Assembly (NCBI GenBank): GCA_964005815.1
Contig: CAXFSR010000022.1
Location: 1-61,723 of the forward strand
Reading direction: 5' to 3'
Origin: an uncultured Nitrospinaceae bacterium
Lineage (GTDB): Bacteria; UBA8248
DNA length: 61,723 bases
Below are positions 9,740-20,465 of this stretch, piece after piece (the first letter of the stretch is position 1; every line of letters starts with the position of its first letter). The notes below the pieces were generated by a model, which worked only from the letters and a program-made list of their open reading frames with translations, was not told where the DNA came from and made no database searches. The position numbers were made by a program, and so were the translations under genes.

Positions 9740-11992
9740 TTATTTTATTTTACCTAGGACCTCAAGAACATGGTCTGGGGTTACAGGGATTTGTTTTATA
9801 CGCTCTCCAATAGCGTCACTAACAGCACAAGCCACTGCTGCAGCACCCGCAGTACATGGTGGTTCACCTATACCTTTTGCTCCATATGGACCAAGTCCTT
9901 CTCTTGACTCAAGAATAATATTCTCCCATTCTGGTGTTTCTGAAGCAGTAGGTATTAAATAACTTTCAAAATGTTCAGTCAGGACTTTGCCATCTTCTAG
10001 AAGAATTTCCTCCATCAATCCATGGCCTATTCCCATCATTGTACCTCCTTCAAACTGTCCTTCTACATGTTGACTATTAATTGCTTGTCCGACATCATGA
10101 CCAGACCAATAATTTAAAATTATAATCTCACCTGTTTCTTTATTTACTTTGACCTCGGCAGCATGAACACCAAAAACGTAATCTAACCAACCACCTCCGG
10201 CTCCGTAAATCTCATTACCTTCATATTCATGCTCTCCAAATTTAACATTCCCAGTTGCATGCAACGGAACATTATTTTCTTTGCACTTTTTGATTACCTC
10301 TGTTAGTCTCACTGTTTTTTTAGGACTACCTATAACAGAAATAATACTGTCTTTAATATTAAGATCCTCTTTTGACGCCTCAAGAAGTTCAGAAGCTACG
10401 TCTAATAATCTATCACGTAATTGCATCCCAGCATCAAAAGTAGCACCACCAGAAACCATAGTTTGCCTGCTTCCTGCTGTAATACCAGCTAGAGGAGTTA
10501 TGTGTGAATCTGACAAAATTGGAGATATATCTGAAAGTGGAATTCCTAATACTTCTGAGGCAATTTGACAATATGTTTGAGTTTGGCCTGCACCCACATC
10601 TGACGCACCAGCACGAAGTTGAACACTCCCATCATCATCTATAGAAAGAAATGCATCTCCTGCATTGAGTGGCCTACCATAACCTCCTATATTACCAATA
10701 ATTCCAAAACCCTTAACCCAAGGCGAAGGTATCGACCCTTCTATTTTCTTATTTTTCCTTTTAGCAACTTTTTTTGCCACAGAGTCAAATAATTCTGGAA
10801 GCATAACTCTTCCTGGAACAGGCTGATTCTGCATTAAAGTTTCACCTTTTTTAATTATATTTTTGAGACGAAATTCGGTGGGGTCTATTTTTAACTTGAG
10901 TGCTAATTCATCCATTTGAGACTCATAAGCAAAACATACCTGATTGGCACCAACCCCCCTCATGGCTTCAGTAAAAGGATTATTTGTAAGAATTGCTCTA
11001 GCTCTTCCTCTTGCATAGGGATAATTATAAGGACCGCCACTAACACATAAAGCTCCTAACAGAAGTCCTTTACTATTTGTAACATAAGCACCGGCATCCC
11101 CAATAATATCAACATCAATTGCAACTAACATTCCATCCTTATTTGCAGCAGAAATGTATTTCATTTCGAAAGGATGTTTTTTGCTTCCTGAATTTATTGT
11201 TTCCTCACGCGTATAGGCCATTCTAACAGGACGACCAGTTTCTATAGATAAAAGTGCTAGGAATGCACCCAACTGAGGGTGTTCTTTTCCTCCAAATGCC
11301 CCCCCAAGCATTGGACAATCGTATCGAACTTTACTTGCAGGAAGACCTAAAACACTAGCAACATTCTTGTAGTTTTCTATTCCTTGCGTTGGAACACGTA
11401 TATTAACCAAACCACTTTCGTCAACCCATGCCATACCTCCTTCAGGCTCAATAAATGCATGATCTACACACGAGGAAGTATATGTATTCTCTACAACAAC
11501 ATCTGCATTTTCAATTATTTTATCTATATCAAATTTTTGAGAACTATTAGGTGATTTTAATGTTTTCCAGTCGCATACTATTTCAGCATTCTTCAGATCT
11601 CTGTAATCATAGGAACCAGACAATTTTTCGTAAGTTATTTTAATTGATTTAGCGGCCTCCTCTGCTAAATCCCTATTTTCTGCAGCTATAAGAGCGACAG
11701 GATCTCCTATATCTAGTACAATCTCGTTGGCTAACAATGGAAAATCAGGATACCTTCCCGCATTTTGCCCAGGAATATCCTTTGCAGTAAGAACACAATG
11801 TACTCCTGGAATAGAAAGTGCTTTTTTTACGTCAATTTTTTTTATACGTGCAGGAGTGATTTCAGCACGAAGTACTTTCCCATAAAGTTCCCCGGGTAAT
11901 CGAAAATCGTCACCATAAATTGTATCTCCAACTGCCTTAACTACAGCATCACTTTTAGTAGGGGAGGTTCCAATATAATCCAATTGCGGCAT
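9740..11992 (-). CDS. Xanthine dehydrogenase-family molybdopterin-binding subunit
   Basis: HAFIEPE, GGAFGGK, AMRGVG, GSRQT, VEGQFEGG, GAKGIGEPP; SD GGAG before ATG at 11992. Confidence 0.93.
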   Translation of the reverse strand: MPQLDYIGTSPTKSDAVVKAVGDTIYGDDFRLPGELYGKVLRAEITPARIKKIDVKKALSIPGVHCVLTAKDIPGQNAGRYPDFPLLANEIVLDIGDPVALIAAENRDLAEEAAKSIKITYEKLSGSYDYRDLKNAEIVCDWKTLKSPNSSQKFDIDKIIENADVVVENTYTSSCVDHAFIEPEGGMAWVDESGLVNIRVPTQGIENYKNVASVLGLPASKVRYDCPMLGGAFGGKEHPQLGAFLALLSIETGRPVRMAYTREETINSGSKKHPFEMKYISAANKDGMLVAIDVDIIGDAGAYVTNSKGLLLGALCVSGGPYNYPYARGRARAILTNNPFTEAMRGVGANQVCFAYESQMDELALKLKIDPTEFRLKNIIKKGETLMQNQPVPGRVMLPELFDSVAKKVAKRKNKKIEGSIPSPWVKGFGIIGNIGGYGRPLNAGDAFLSIDDDGSVQLRAGASDVGAGQTQTYCQIASEVLGIPLSDISPILSDSHITPLAGITAGSRQTMVSGGATFDAGMQLRDRLLDVASELLEASKEDLNIKDSIISVIGSPKKTVRLTEVIKKCKENNVPLHATGNVKFGEHEYEGNEIYGAGGGWLDYVFGVHAAEVKVNKETGEIIILNYWSGHDVGQAINSQHVEGQFEGGTMMGIGHGLMEEILLEDGKVLTEHFESYLIPTASETPEWENIILESREGLGPYGAKGIGEPPCTAGAAAVACAVSDAIGERIKQIPVTPDHVLEVLGKIK

Positions 11993-12048
11993 TTTGTTCT
12001 CCAAAAGTTTATAAACTACAAATCATAAAACAACAGTTCAAAGAACTA

Positions 12049-13047
12049 TTAGTCTCTATAGGTAGAAACTTCTATAGCTTTTCCTGTTCTAGAACTTTCT
12101 ATTACAGACTGTAAAACGGCAACTACTTCCAAACCTTCAACTCCTCCGGTCTCAACGGATTTCTCTCCATTTATACAAGATGCAAAATCACTTAACTGTT
12201 CAGAAAGAGGATCGATCGGCTCAAGAGAAATCTCTTCTTTTTTGTCATCCCCTGCTTTCGTAATGTAAAGTTTAGTTCCTTCAAAATCACTATAAGCATT
12301 CATGCCAGTTCCAAATGCAGAGGTCTCACAAATTTTTGGAACAACAAAAGTCGTTCCAACGTATCCCAAAGGTCCACTCTCATACTCAACAATAAAACTT
12401 GTCACATCATCAAGGTTCGTTTTAGATAAAAGTTTTTTACTAAAAGCAGAAACGCGCTTTGCGGGACCTGCTAAAAACTGGAGATTGTCGACCATATGTA
12501 CTCCCAAACCACACATAGAACCAGCAGGACTTTCTTCGGGATCATTTCTCCATCCTGGTCTTGGCTCGAGACCTCCCGCTAGCGATAAATTAGCCTGCAT
12601 TTGATGCAAAACTCCTAATTCTCCTGAATCAATAAAATTTTTAATCTTTCGATTCGCAGAGCAACGTCTACGGTGATGACCGACTTGAAGAACAACACCC
12701 GCACTCTCGGTAACTTTGATAGCTTCTTTTGCATCCTCACATGTTAATGTTAGAGGCTTTTCTACAAAAACATGCTTGCCTGCACTAGCAGCCTGTGAAA
12801 TTATATCTAAATGGGTAGAATGAGGGGTTGCAACTAACAAACCGTCAATACTAGAGTCTTTTAAAATCTCGTCTAAATTCTCTGCAGAATTACAACTATA
12901 TTTTTCGGAAAAAGCTTTCCGTGTATCTGAACTTCTTGCAAAACAAGAAACTATATCACACGAGCCACTTCTCCCAGCTGCGTCTGCTAACATTCCACCC
13001 CACCAACCTAAACCAATAGAAGCCAGTTTAACTTTTTCAGAACTCAT
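12049..13047 (-). CDS. Gfo/Idh/MocA family oxidoreductase
   Basis: IGLGWWG, KHVFVEKP, GVHMVD. Confidence 0.92.
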   Translation of the reverse strand: MSSEKVKLASIGLGWWGGMLADAAGRSGSCDIVSCFARSSDTRKAFSEKYSCNSAENLDEILKDSSIDGLLVATPHSTHLDIISQAASAGKHVFVEKPLTLTCEDAKEAIKVTESAGVVLQVGHHRRRCSANRKIKNFIDSGELGVLHQMQANLSLAGGLEPRPGWRNDPEESPAGSMCGLGVHMVDNLQFLAGPAKRVSAFSKKLLSKTNLDDVTSFIVEYESGPLGYVGTTFVVPKICETSAFGTGMNAYSDFEGTKLYITKAGDDKKEEISLEPIDPLSEQLSDFASCINGEKSVETGGVEGLEVVAVLQSVIESSRTGKAIEVSTYRD

Positions 13048-13139
13048 ATTCTCCCCTCTATGATTTTCAAAGATCAATTTCAAAAAAATATCCGTTGATA
13101 CTATAACAATTGTACATTTTTAACTAGTTACAATCTGCG

Positions 13140-13835
13140 TTAATTAAACAAAATGTTTTGTATTTGAAGAAAAATATTTTGAATCTCTACAAAAAGTAGA
13201 CTATAGAAAGAGAGAGTTTCTACACGTCCTTGAAGAAGAAGAATTATGACTCCAGTTATCAAAGAAATAGATAAAAAATAAATTATAACTAACGAGAAAA
13301 AAAACCCATTAGTATTAATATCGGTCTGTTTAATCATTAAAGATTTCAGAGTCATTACTATATGTAACATTAATGAAAACCCTACAAGAGTAATCGTCAA
13401 ATACCATATAAATTTATATTTAAAAAAATTCCATACGAGGAATCCTATTAAGAGCAAAATAAAAGTTAAAAAAGGGAAAAAATAAGGAGCAAGCAAAATC
13501 ACAGGGTTAGTACTACTTAAAACCACTTCACCTTTGAACTTAGAAACTTTAAATCTTATTATTTTTTTAAAGAAGATAATCCCAAAAAATAAATGCGTAA
13601 ATTCATGAATAAAAGTATATAAAAATTCAAATTTACAAAATCTATAAAATAAAAAAAATAGGATGGCTCCGGAAAAAAGAAGTGTACTTTCAAAATCTTT
13701 ACCTAACGGCGAAAAACCTGAATTCAAACTACCAACTTTTAAATAAACTTCTTGAACTAAGATTTTGGTAATAGCCCAACAGGGAGGCAAAAAAAAGATA
13801 GCTATTAAAAAAAAGAGAATTTTTCTAAAAATCAA
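13140..13835 (-). CDS. Membrane protein, putative M50B-like metallopeptidase
   Basis: FIHEFTH (HExxH), LLAPYFFP, QTDI; several transmembrane helices. Confidence 0.6.
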   Translation of the reverse strand: MIFRKILFFLIAIFFLPPCWAITKILVQEVYLKVGSLNSGFSPLGKDFESTLLFSGAILFFLFYRFCKFEFLYTFIHEFTHLFFGIIFFKKIIRFKVSKFKGEVVLSSTNPVILLAPYFFPFLTFILLLIGFLVWNFFKYKFIWYLTITLVGFSLMLHIVMTLKSLMIKQTDINTNGFFFSLVIIYFLSISLITGVIILLLQGRVETLSFYSLLFVEIQNIFLQIQNILFN

Positions 13836-13857
13836 AACATGCCATATAACCCTTAGT

Positions 13858-14877
13858 TCAGGTTCTTTCTTCTTTAAATGGGCGTTTCATAAGTTGATTG
13901 AGTGATTCTAAAGGATTCTTTTCTTTAAATAAAACCGCATTTATTTCCTCACAAATCGGCATTTCAACAGATAATTTCTTGGAAAGGGAAAGAGCAATAG
14001 GAGCGGTTGCAACTCCTTCAGCAACAGAAGTCATAGAATCTAAAATATCACTTAACTTTTCTCCTTTTCCTATCCTATATCCTACTGTCCTGTTACGACT
14101 TATCTCTCCGGTACAGGTAAGAATTAGATCTCCCATACCTGAAAGTCCCGATAAAGTTTGAGGGTCTCCTCCCATCTTTAATGCTAAACGAGAAATTTCT
14201 TTAAGACCCCTGACTATTAAAGCTGCTCTCGCATTCAGACCAACTTCTAAACCATCAACAATTCCTGCCGCAAGCGCAATCACATTTTTCAAAGCACCAC
14301 CAACCTGAACACCTATTGGGTCATTACTACAGTAAATACGAAAAAATGAAGAAGAGAATGCCTTTTGTATTTTAACTCCAGACTCAAAGTCCAAAGAAGC
14401 AGCAGTAATTACGGTAGGATTACGTTTTGCTAATTCTAGGGCAAATGTTGGCCCCGATAAACTGACAATATTATTAACACTGTCACATGAATCTTTTAAT
14501 GATTTTTCTATAATCTGAGAAGGCAGCAAAAATGAAATTGGATCGAAACCTTTTGTTACACTTACTATAGTTGATTCTTCATGTATTGTGGGTGATAAAC
14601 TTTTCCAAATTTTCGCTACAACATGACTAGGCATAGCGCTTAAAATAACATCTTGTCCTGAAGAAGATGCTTCAACTAAATCAGAAGTAAATTCTAAATT
14701 TTCATGAAGACTAAAATCGGGCAAATAAAGATCGTTAACGTTTGTCTCTTTCATACGAGAACACAAATCTTCTTCAAAAATCCAAAGAACAGTTTGATGA
14801 CCAATATCAGAAAGGAAGTCTGCAAGAGCTGTTCCCCAAGCACCTGCACCGATAACTGCAATTCGTAATGGATTCAA
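13858..14877 (-). CDS. gpsA: NAD(P)H-dependent glycerol-3-phosphate dehydrogenase
   Basis: GAGAWGTALA, LSGPTFA, GGALKNVIA, GDLILTC, SRNR. Confidence 0.97.
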   Translation of the reverse strand: MNPLRIAVIGAGAWGTALADFLSDIGHQTVLWIFEEDLCSRMKETNVNDLYLPDFSLHENLEFTSDLVEASSSGQDVILSAMPSHVVAKIWKSLSPTIHEESTIVSVTKGFDPISFLLPSQIIEKSLKDSCDSVNNIVSLSGPTFALELAKRNPTVITAASLDFESGVKIQKAFSSSFFRIYCSNDPIGVQVGGALKNVIALAAGIVDGLEVGLNARAALIVRGLKEISRLALKMGGDPQTLSGLSGMGDLILTCTGEISRNRTVGYRIGKGEKLSDILDSMTSVAEGVATAPIALSLSKKLSVEMPICEEINAVLFKEKNPLESLNQLMKRPFKEERT

Positions 14878-14912
14878 TCTTTCTCCTATATATTACATTT
14901 ACAGAATAACAA

Positions 14913-15437
14913 CTAATTTTTATCGTCTTTTTTTATTTTGGATAATTGTTTACTTCTAGAAGTAACTCCCTTCGCGACAGCTTTCTTCCCTGTATCGGTC
15001 TTTGCACTCCATTCAATTTCGTGAGCCAAATGTTTTTCTTCATTCCAAATATGTTCAGTTCCATCTCCCATAAAAACACAAAAAACCTCACACCCGTCCG
15101 GATATTCATAAGGACCGTGTGGGAGATCCCAACCAAAGACATAATCGCCAGGTCGCAGATCCTTTCCAGCAACACACATTCTTCCCTTAGTCACAAGAAT
15201 AGAATGCCAACTTTTGTGCGTATGCTCAGGTTCAACATAGCCAGGAGGGAATTTCACCTTCATATCAAAACGTTTCATTAGTGGATCATGATTGAAAATT
15301 TTCACTTTTACGCCCTTGGGCAAAGTCAACATCTTTAATGCTGTACCCTCCTGCCACTTTACTTCTCTGTCATGCATAGCTTTAAACTTATTTACAAATT
15401 TCTTCTTTCGTTTTACTGCTTTAATATTTTTATTCAT
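14913..15437 (-). CDS. Cupin-domain protein (ChrR-like)
   Basis: EPEHTH...H, LRPGDYV, PHGP cupin motifs. Confidence 0.75.
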   Translation of the reverse strand: MNKNIKAVKRKKKFVNKFKAMHDREVKWQEGTALKMLTLPKGVKVKIFNHDPLMKRFDMKVKFPPGYVEPEHTHKSWHSILVTKGRMCVAGKDLRPGDYVFGWDLPHGPYEYPDGCEVFCVFMGDGTEHIWNEEKHLAHEIEWSAKTDTGKKAVAKGVTSRSKQLSKIKKDDKN

Positions 15438-15461
15438 TAAATACTCCTCAAAATTAAGTTT

Positions 15462-16127
15462 TCAACACACAAAAACTAAAGAAGCAACAGAATTACTGAA
15501 GGTATGTGAAACTTCATTTATAGAAATTGTAATTGTATCAGTCTTTACAGACTTTTTTAATATCTCCACAGAAACACCTGGAATTAATCCTATTTCACCT
15601 AAATACTTGAGAACTTCATTATTTTCTTGTCCTACCCGAGTTATTGAAACTTGAATTCCTTCTTCAACTTCTAACAATTTTTTCTCATTCATTTTCTTGA
15701 TATTCCCTTCCTTTGAAGGAATGGGATCTCCATGTGGATCTAATGTTGGGAATCCTAAACTTTTATCCAAAACTTCTTCCAATTCTTCACTTAGAACATG
15801 CTCAAGCTTTTCAGCTTCAATATCAACTTTATCCCAATCTATCCCCATTTTCTGGTTTAGAAATAGTTCAATGAGTCTGTGATGTCGGATTATTTCAAGC
15901 GCTACTTTCTCACCCTTTTTTGTAAGTGATACTCCTTGATAGGGTTTATAAATCACTAATTTCATTTTTTGCAATTTCTTCAACATGCCGGTTACTGAAG
16001 CAGAAGACAAGCCCATTTTTGATGCAATCGAACTAGTTTTAACTGGTGAAAGTATTTGTTCAAGTTTGAAAATATTTTTCAAATAATCTTCAGTACGATT
16101 ACTAAAAAGATCGTCTTCTCGTAACAA
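15462..16127 (-). CDS. DtxR/MntR family metal-dependent regulator with FeoA domain
   Basis: EDYLK, RHHRLIELFL, EAEKLEH, DPHGDPIP. Confidence 0.95.
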   Translation of the reverse strand: MLREDDLFSNRTEDYLKNIFKLEQILSPVKTSSIASKMGLSSASVTGMLKKLQKMKLVIYKPYQGVSLTKKGEKVALEIIRHHRLIELFLNQKMGIDWDKVDIEAEKLEHVLSEELEEVLDKSLGFPTLDPHGDPIPSKEGNIKKMNEKKLLEVEEGIQVSITRVGQENNEVLKYLGEIGLIPGVSVEILKKSVKTDTITISINEVSHTFSNSVASLVFVC

Positions 16128-16184
16128 AGAACACCTCAGCTAAAATTTGTTTCAGATAAAATAAAAATTCAAAATTATTAATAC

Positions 16185-17264
16185 TTAGTTCTTTAAAAAT
16201 TTTCTAACAAAAAATCTTTCTGACAGATACTCGAAAGTCCCCTGAATCTTTAAAGTTTTCCTTTTTAATCTTAAGGGAAAGGGCCTAAACGAAAATGACG
16301 CTCTAGTTACAGCAGAAATAGCTTCATCATCTAAAACTCCATGTCCAGAGGATTTTAATAGATGAATCTTTTTTAATCTACCGTCTTTTTGAAGAGTAAA
16401 TTGTAGTTTCAACTCTCCATTCAACCCCCTTGCTTCCGGTGCCCACCATACCCAAGATTCTTCAATCTTTTCTTTAATATGTTTAAAATATCTGAAATAC
16501 TCTGTCTTACTTGTCGATAGTGAAATAGGTTCATCATCCTTATTTTTTTTCTTAGATTGAAAATCTGCAGTCACCACCTTATCTAAAAGCATTTCAGTAA
16601 CTTTAAATATTTTTTTTTCTTTTGAGTCTATTCTAAATAATTTCAGTCGATCTTCTTCATATTTTGATTTTAGATTATTGCGTACCGAGATTGGTTTCTT
16701 TGTTCTATTGGATTCTTGTTTTTTTTCAATGATTATTTTTTCGAACTGAGATACCTTTTTTTTTGATGTTAACTTTCTTTTTTCATCTTTGGAATTATCT
16801 AATGAATTGGAAATTTTTTTAGAAATTTTAGATTTATTATAAATTACTGATGATGAATTCTGAAAAAATTCTCTCTTCTTTCCTAAAATATCCTCTTTTT
16901 TACTTATCTTAAAATCTAAACTTTTCTTTTTAATTTCCTTGGTCGGGGTTTCTTTTTGAATCTTCAAAAGATTCTTCTGATTTTTTTGATTATTTTCCTG
17001 AATCTGAATTTTTTTGTTTTTTAAAAAATAACCGCTCTCTTCTCTATTTACATTAGAAAGAAGTTTTTTAACCTTTTTATTTTTTTGTATTTTATCTGGT
17101 TCCCAATCCACGGAAATAAATCTATAGGTTTGAGGCGTATTATCTAAAATTTCAGAAAAATTAAATATAACTCCAAAAACGAAAGCTAGCACAACATGGA
17201 CAAAAAAAGAAATTATAAAAAGGGAGGAGAAACTATACACGGGAAAAAATCTTAACCTCTGCAT
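16185..17264 (-). CDS. TonB/TolA-family protein
   Basis: N-terminal TM with SxxxH (SFFVH), Lys-rich linker, C-terminal KSSGHGVLDDEAISAV. Confidence 0.85.
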   Translation of the reverse strand: MQRLRFFPVYSFSSLFIISFFVHVVLAFVFGVIFNFSEILDNTPQTYRFISVDWEPDKIQKNKKVKKLLSNVNREESGYFLKNKKIQIQENNQKNQKNLLKIQKETPTKEIKKKSLDFKISKKEDILGKKREFFQNSSSVIYNKSKISKKISNSLDNSKDEKRKLTSKKKVSQFEKIIIEKKQESNRTKKPISVRNNLKSKYEEDRLKLFRIDSKEKKIFKVTEMLLDKVVTADFQSKKKNKDDEPISLSTSKTEYFRYFKHIKEKIEESWVWWAPEARGLNGELKLQFTLQKDGRLKKIHLLKSSGHGVLDDEAISAVTRASFSFRPFPLRLKRKTLKIQGTFEYLSERFFVRKFLKN

Positions 17265-17367
17265 ATTTTCGATTCTCTTTTTAAGAATTTTTTACTAAAA
17301 CTCATTCAAAAACATAAGAATATCCAAAATCTAATCAACGGTATAAGAATACTTTAAAATTGTCCAT

Positions 17368-17404
17368 AAAAAAAAACGGGAGAAGGAAAATCCTTCTCCC
17401 GTTT
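17368..17404 (-). terminator. Rho-independent terminator of groESL
   Basis: CGGGAGAAGG/CCTTCTCCCG stem followed by a T-run on the minus strand. Confidence 0.9.
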
Positions 17405-17418
17405 AATCAAAATTAAAG

Positions 17419-19065
17419 TTACATCATACCGCCCATACCACCCATTCCACCAGGAGGCATACCAGGAGGCATAGCACCAGCCGCTCCACCTTCTTCAGGT
17501 TTATCTGAAATAACACACTCGGTAGTAAGCATCAAACCTGCAACAGATGCAGCATTTTGTAGTGCAGAACGTGTTACCTTAGCAGGATCAATAACGCCAA
17601 CTTTAACAAGATCTTCGAATTTGTCAGATGCCGCATTATAGCCTGTATTACCTTTTTCTGCTTTCACTTTCTGTACAATTATAGAGCCCTCTTGACCCGC
17701 ATTATTAGAAATCTCTCTAAGAGGAGCCTCTAAAGCTTTAGCTAGAATTTCTATTCCAACTTGCCTGTCGCCAGCAGAAGTCATACTCTCAACTCCTTTC
17801 TGACTTCGAACTAACGCAACTCCACCACCTACTACCACTCCTTCTTCTACTGCCGCTCTGGTAGCATTCAGTGCATCTTCTACTCTCGCTTTCTTCTCTT
17901 TCATTTCTGTCTCTGTAGCTGCACCAACATTAATAACGGCAACTCCACCAACAAGTTTTGCAAGTCGTTCTTGAAGTTTTTCTCTATCGTAATCACTTGT
18001 TGTTTCTTCTATTTGATTTCTAATTTGTTTCACACGACCTTCTATATCTTTAGCTTTTCCTTTTCCTTCAACAATAGTCGAGTTGTCTTTATCAATAGTT
18101 ACTCGTTTTGCTTGACCAAGGTCGTCCACGGTAATATTTTCAAGTTTAATTCCCAAGTCTTCGCTCAACATTTTCCCACCAGTTAAAATTGCCATATCTT
18201 CCAGCATTGCTTTACGACGATCTCCAAAACCTGGCGCTTTAACAGCAGAAACATTTAAAGTCCCGCGAAGTTTATTAACAACTAAAGTAGCCAGTGCTTC
18301 TCCATCTATATCTTCAGCAATAAGCAAAAGAGGTTTTCCCATTTTTGCTACTTTTTCTAATAGAGGCAGAAGATCGCGCATATTGGATATTTTCTTTTCA
18401 TGAAAAAGTATGTAAGGATCTTCCAATACAGCTTCCATACGATCAGCATTAGTTACAAAATATGGACTTAAATACCCTCTATCAAACTGCATACCCTCAA
18501 CTATATCTAAAGAAGTTTCCATAGATTTTGCTTCTTCAACAGTAATAACACCATCTTTTCCTACTTTATCCATAGCTTCCGCTATCAAATCACCAATAGT
18601 AGGGTCATTATTTGCCGAAATAGTCCCCACCTGAGCTATTTCTTTTTTATCTCTCACAGGTTTGGAGATTTTCTTTAATTCAGCCACTACAGACTCTACC
18701 GCTTCATCAATGCCTCTTTTTAAATCAATTGGGTTTGCGCCAGCAGTTACATTTCTAAGCCCTTCTGTAAAAATTGCCTGAGCTAGAACTGTTGCAGTCG
18801 TAGTTCCATCACCAGCAATATCAGAAGTTTTGCTAGCAACTTCATTTACTAGTTGTGCACCCATATTTTCAAACTGATCTTCTAATTCAATTTCTTTAGC
18901 AACTGTCACACCATCTTTAGTTGAAGCAGGTGAACCAAACTTCTTGTCTATGACAACATTTCTACCACGTGGTCCGAGAGTAACCTTTACCGCATTCGCT
19001 AGTTGGTCTACCCCTTTCTTAATCTTTCCACGAGCTTCCTCATCAAACAAAATAATCTTCGACAT
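17419..19065 (-). CDS. groL: Chaperonin GroEL
   Basis: [23 protein letters not shown] tail. Confidence 0.99.
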   Translation of the reverse strand: MSKIILFDEEARGKIKKGVDQLANAVKVTLGPRGRNVVIDKKFGSPASTKDGVTVAKEIELEDQFENMGAQLVNEVASKTSDIAGDGTTTATVLAQAIFTEGLRNVTAGANPIDLKRGIDEAVESVVAELKKISKPVRDKKEIAQVGTISANNDPTIGDLIAEAMDKVGKDGVITVEEAKSMETSLDIVEGMQFDRGYLSPYFVTNADRMEAVLEDPYILFHEKKISNMRDLLPLLEKVAKMGKPLLLIAEDIDGEALATLVVNKLRGTLNVSAVKAPGFGDRRKAMLEDMAILTGGKMLSEDLGIKLENITVDDLGQAKRVTIDKDNSTIVEGKGKAKDIEGRVKQIRNQIEETTSDYDREKLQERLAKLVGGVAVINVGAATETEMKEKKARVEDALNATRAAVEEGVVVGGGVALVRSQKGVESMTSAGDRQVGIEILAKALEAPLREISNNAGQEGSIIVQKVKAEKGNTGYNAASDKFEDLVKVGVIDPAKVTRSALQNAASVAGLMLTTECVISDKPEEGGAAGAMPPGMPPGGMGGMGGMM

Positions 19066-19107
19066 GATTAGTTTAACTCCTTAGTATCTAAAATTTTAAT
19101 TTTTAAT

Positions 19108-19410
19108 TTAAGAAAGAACAGCTAAAACATCATCTTCACGCATTATCAACAGTTCTTCACCCTCTACTTTTACCTCAGTGCCCGCATATTTGGCAAAAAG
19201 CACTTTGTCACCCTCTTTAACTTCAATAGATTGACGCTTTCCATCATCTGTTACTTTTCCAGGTCCAGTTGCTACCACCTCGCCTTCTTGAGGTTTTTCC
19301 TTAGCAGAATCAGGAATTATAATACCCCCTATTTCCTCTTCTTCTGCATCCAGGCGCCTTACGAGAATGCGATCTTGCAAAGGTTGCACCTTTGCCTTTA
19401 ACTTCGCCAT
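19108..19410 (-). CDS. groS: Co-chaperonin GroES
   Basis: [35 protein letters not shown] before ATG at 19410. Confidence 0.98.
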   Translation of the reverse strand: MAKLKAKVQPLQDRILVRRLDAEEEEIGGIIIPDSAKEKPQEGEVVATGPGKVTDDGKRQSIEVKEGDKVLFAKYAGTEVKVEGEELLIMREDDVLAVLS

Positions 19411-19471
19411 TTTTATGTTCTCCTTCAAAAATTAATAGCTAGATTAAAAATAAAAAAATTATAAAGAACGC

Positions 19472-19500
19472 TTTATAGACAAGTTTTAATTATATGTCAA
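19472..19500 (-). promoter_or_regulatory. Sigma70-type promoter of groESL
   Basis: TTGACA-17 nt-TATAAA. Confidence 0.65.
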
Positions 19501-19506
19501 CAAAAT

Positions 19507-19533
19507 TTAGCACTCTAAAGAACTAAGTGCTAA
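19507..19533. promoter_or_regulatory. CIRCE element (HrcA operator)
   Basis: TTAGCACTC-N9-AAGTGCTAA, one mismatch to consensus; upstream of groES; hrcA present in window. Confidence 0.93.
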
Positions 19534-19664
19534 ATTTTATAAAAATCTGCAATATAATTTATACTATTTACTAAAAAATGAAGAATTAATGATTCTTTTG
19601 AATCTTATTAGAAAGATTCACATTGAATTATATATAATACGTATAAAAATTATGGAGAAACTAA

Positions 19665-20444
19665 ATGACTTATCAGAACATACAAGTAACTTTAGAAGAA
19701 GATGGAATTGGAATCATTACAATAAATAGACCCGAAGTTCGCAATGCAATTGATCCAGACACTTGGGAAGAGATTAGAGATGGAGTTAGAAGTTTATATG
19801 ACAAAAAAGAAATAGGAGCGATCATAATTACCGGTAGTGGGGAGAAAGCTTTTGCAGCCGGTTCCGATATTAGCCAAATAAAGGAAAGGGACATATTAGA
19901 CGGCCTAAAAGCAGTAAGCCAATTTGTCCTTTCAGATATAGAAGAAATCGAAAAACCAATAATTGCTGCCGTTAATGGATTCGCTCTTGGTGGAGGTTGT
20001 GAACTTGCTCTAGCTTGCGACATTAGAATAGCAAGCAAAACCGCAAAATTTGGTCAACCAGAAGTTAATCTTGCAATTATACCTGGAGCAGGAGGTACGC
20101 AAAGACTAGCAAATCTGATTGGAATCGGAAGAGCTAAAGAGTTAATTCTAACGGGAGATATAATTGACGCTGATGAAGCTTATCGCATAGGTTTAGTCAA
20201 TCGCGTTGTTGAACCAAACGAATTAATGGATAAATCAAAAGAAATTGCAAGGAAAATTATTTCAAAGGGTCCTATGGCCATACGTTTAGCAAAATTAGCA
20301 CTTAACACAGGAAATCACTATGGAGTAAAAGCAGGGATGATCGTAGAGCGCCTCGCTCAATCTTGTCTAATGACTACTAGTGACAAGAATGAAGGAACTT
20401 CAGCTTTTCTAGAAAAAAGGAAAGCTGAATTTAAAAATCGATAG
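19665..20444 (+). CDS. Enoyl-CoA hydratase/isomerase (crotonase)
   Basis: AFAAGSDI, ALGGGCELALACD, PEVNLAIIPGAGGTQRL. Confidence 0.95.
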   Translation: MTYQNIQVTLEEDGIGIITINRPEVRNAIDPDTWEEIRDGVRSLYDKKEIGAIIITGSGEKAFAAGSDISQIKERDILDGLKAVSQFVLSDIEEIEKPIIAAVNGFALGGGCELALACDIRIASKTAKFGQPEVNLAIIPGAGGTQRLANLIGIGRAKELILTGDIIDADEAYRIGLVNRVVEPNELMDKSKEIARKIISKGPMAIRLAKLALNTGNHYGVKAGMIVERLAQSCLMTTSDKNEGTSAFLEKRKAEFKNR

Positions 20445-20465
20445 ACCTTAGTGCAAAAATCCGAG

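Noticed and set aside
15435..15467. The DtxR gene ends TGT-TGA (C-stop) in frame with the downstream cupin, suggesting a possible Sec read-through fusion
   Set aside because: No hairpin after the TGA (AT-rich), the cupin has its own strong GAGGAG SD and ATG, and the FeoA domain is complete at the stop
17420..17475. Short repeats at the groEL 3' end
   Set aside because: They encode the usual Gly-Gly-Met/Pro tail; not a CRISPR or other repeat element
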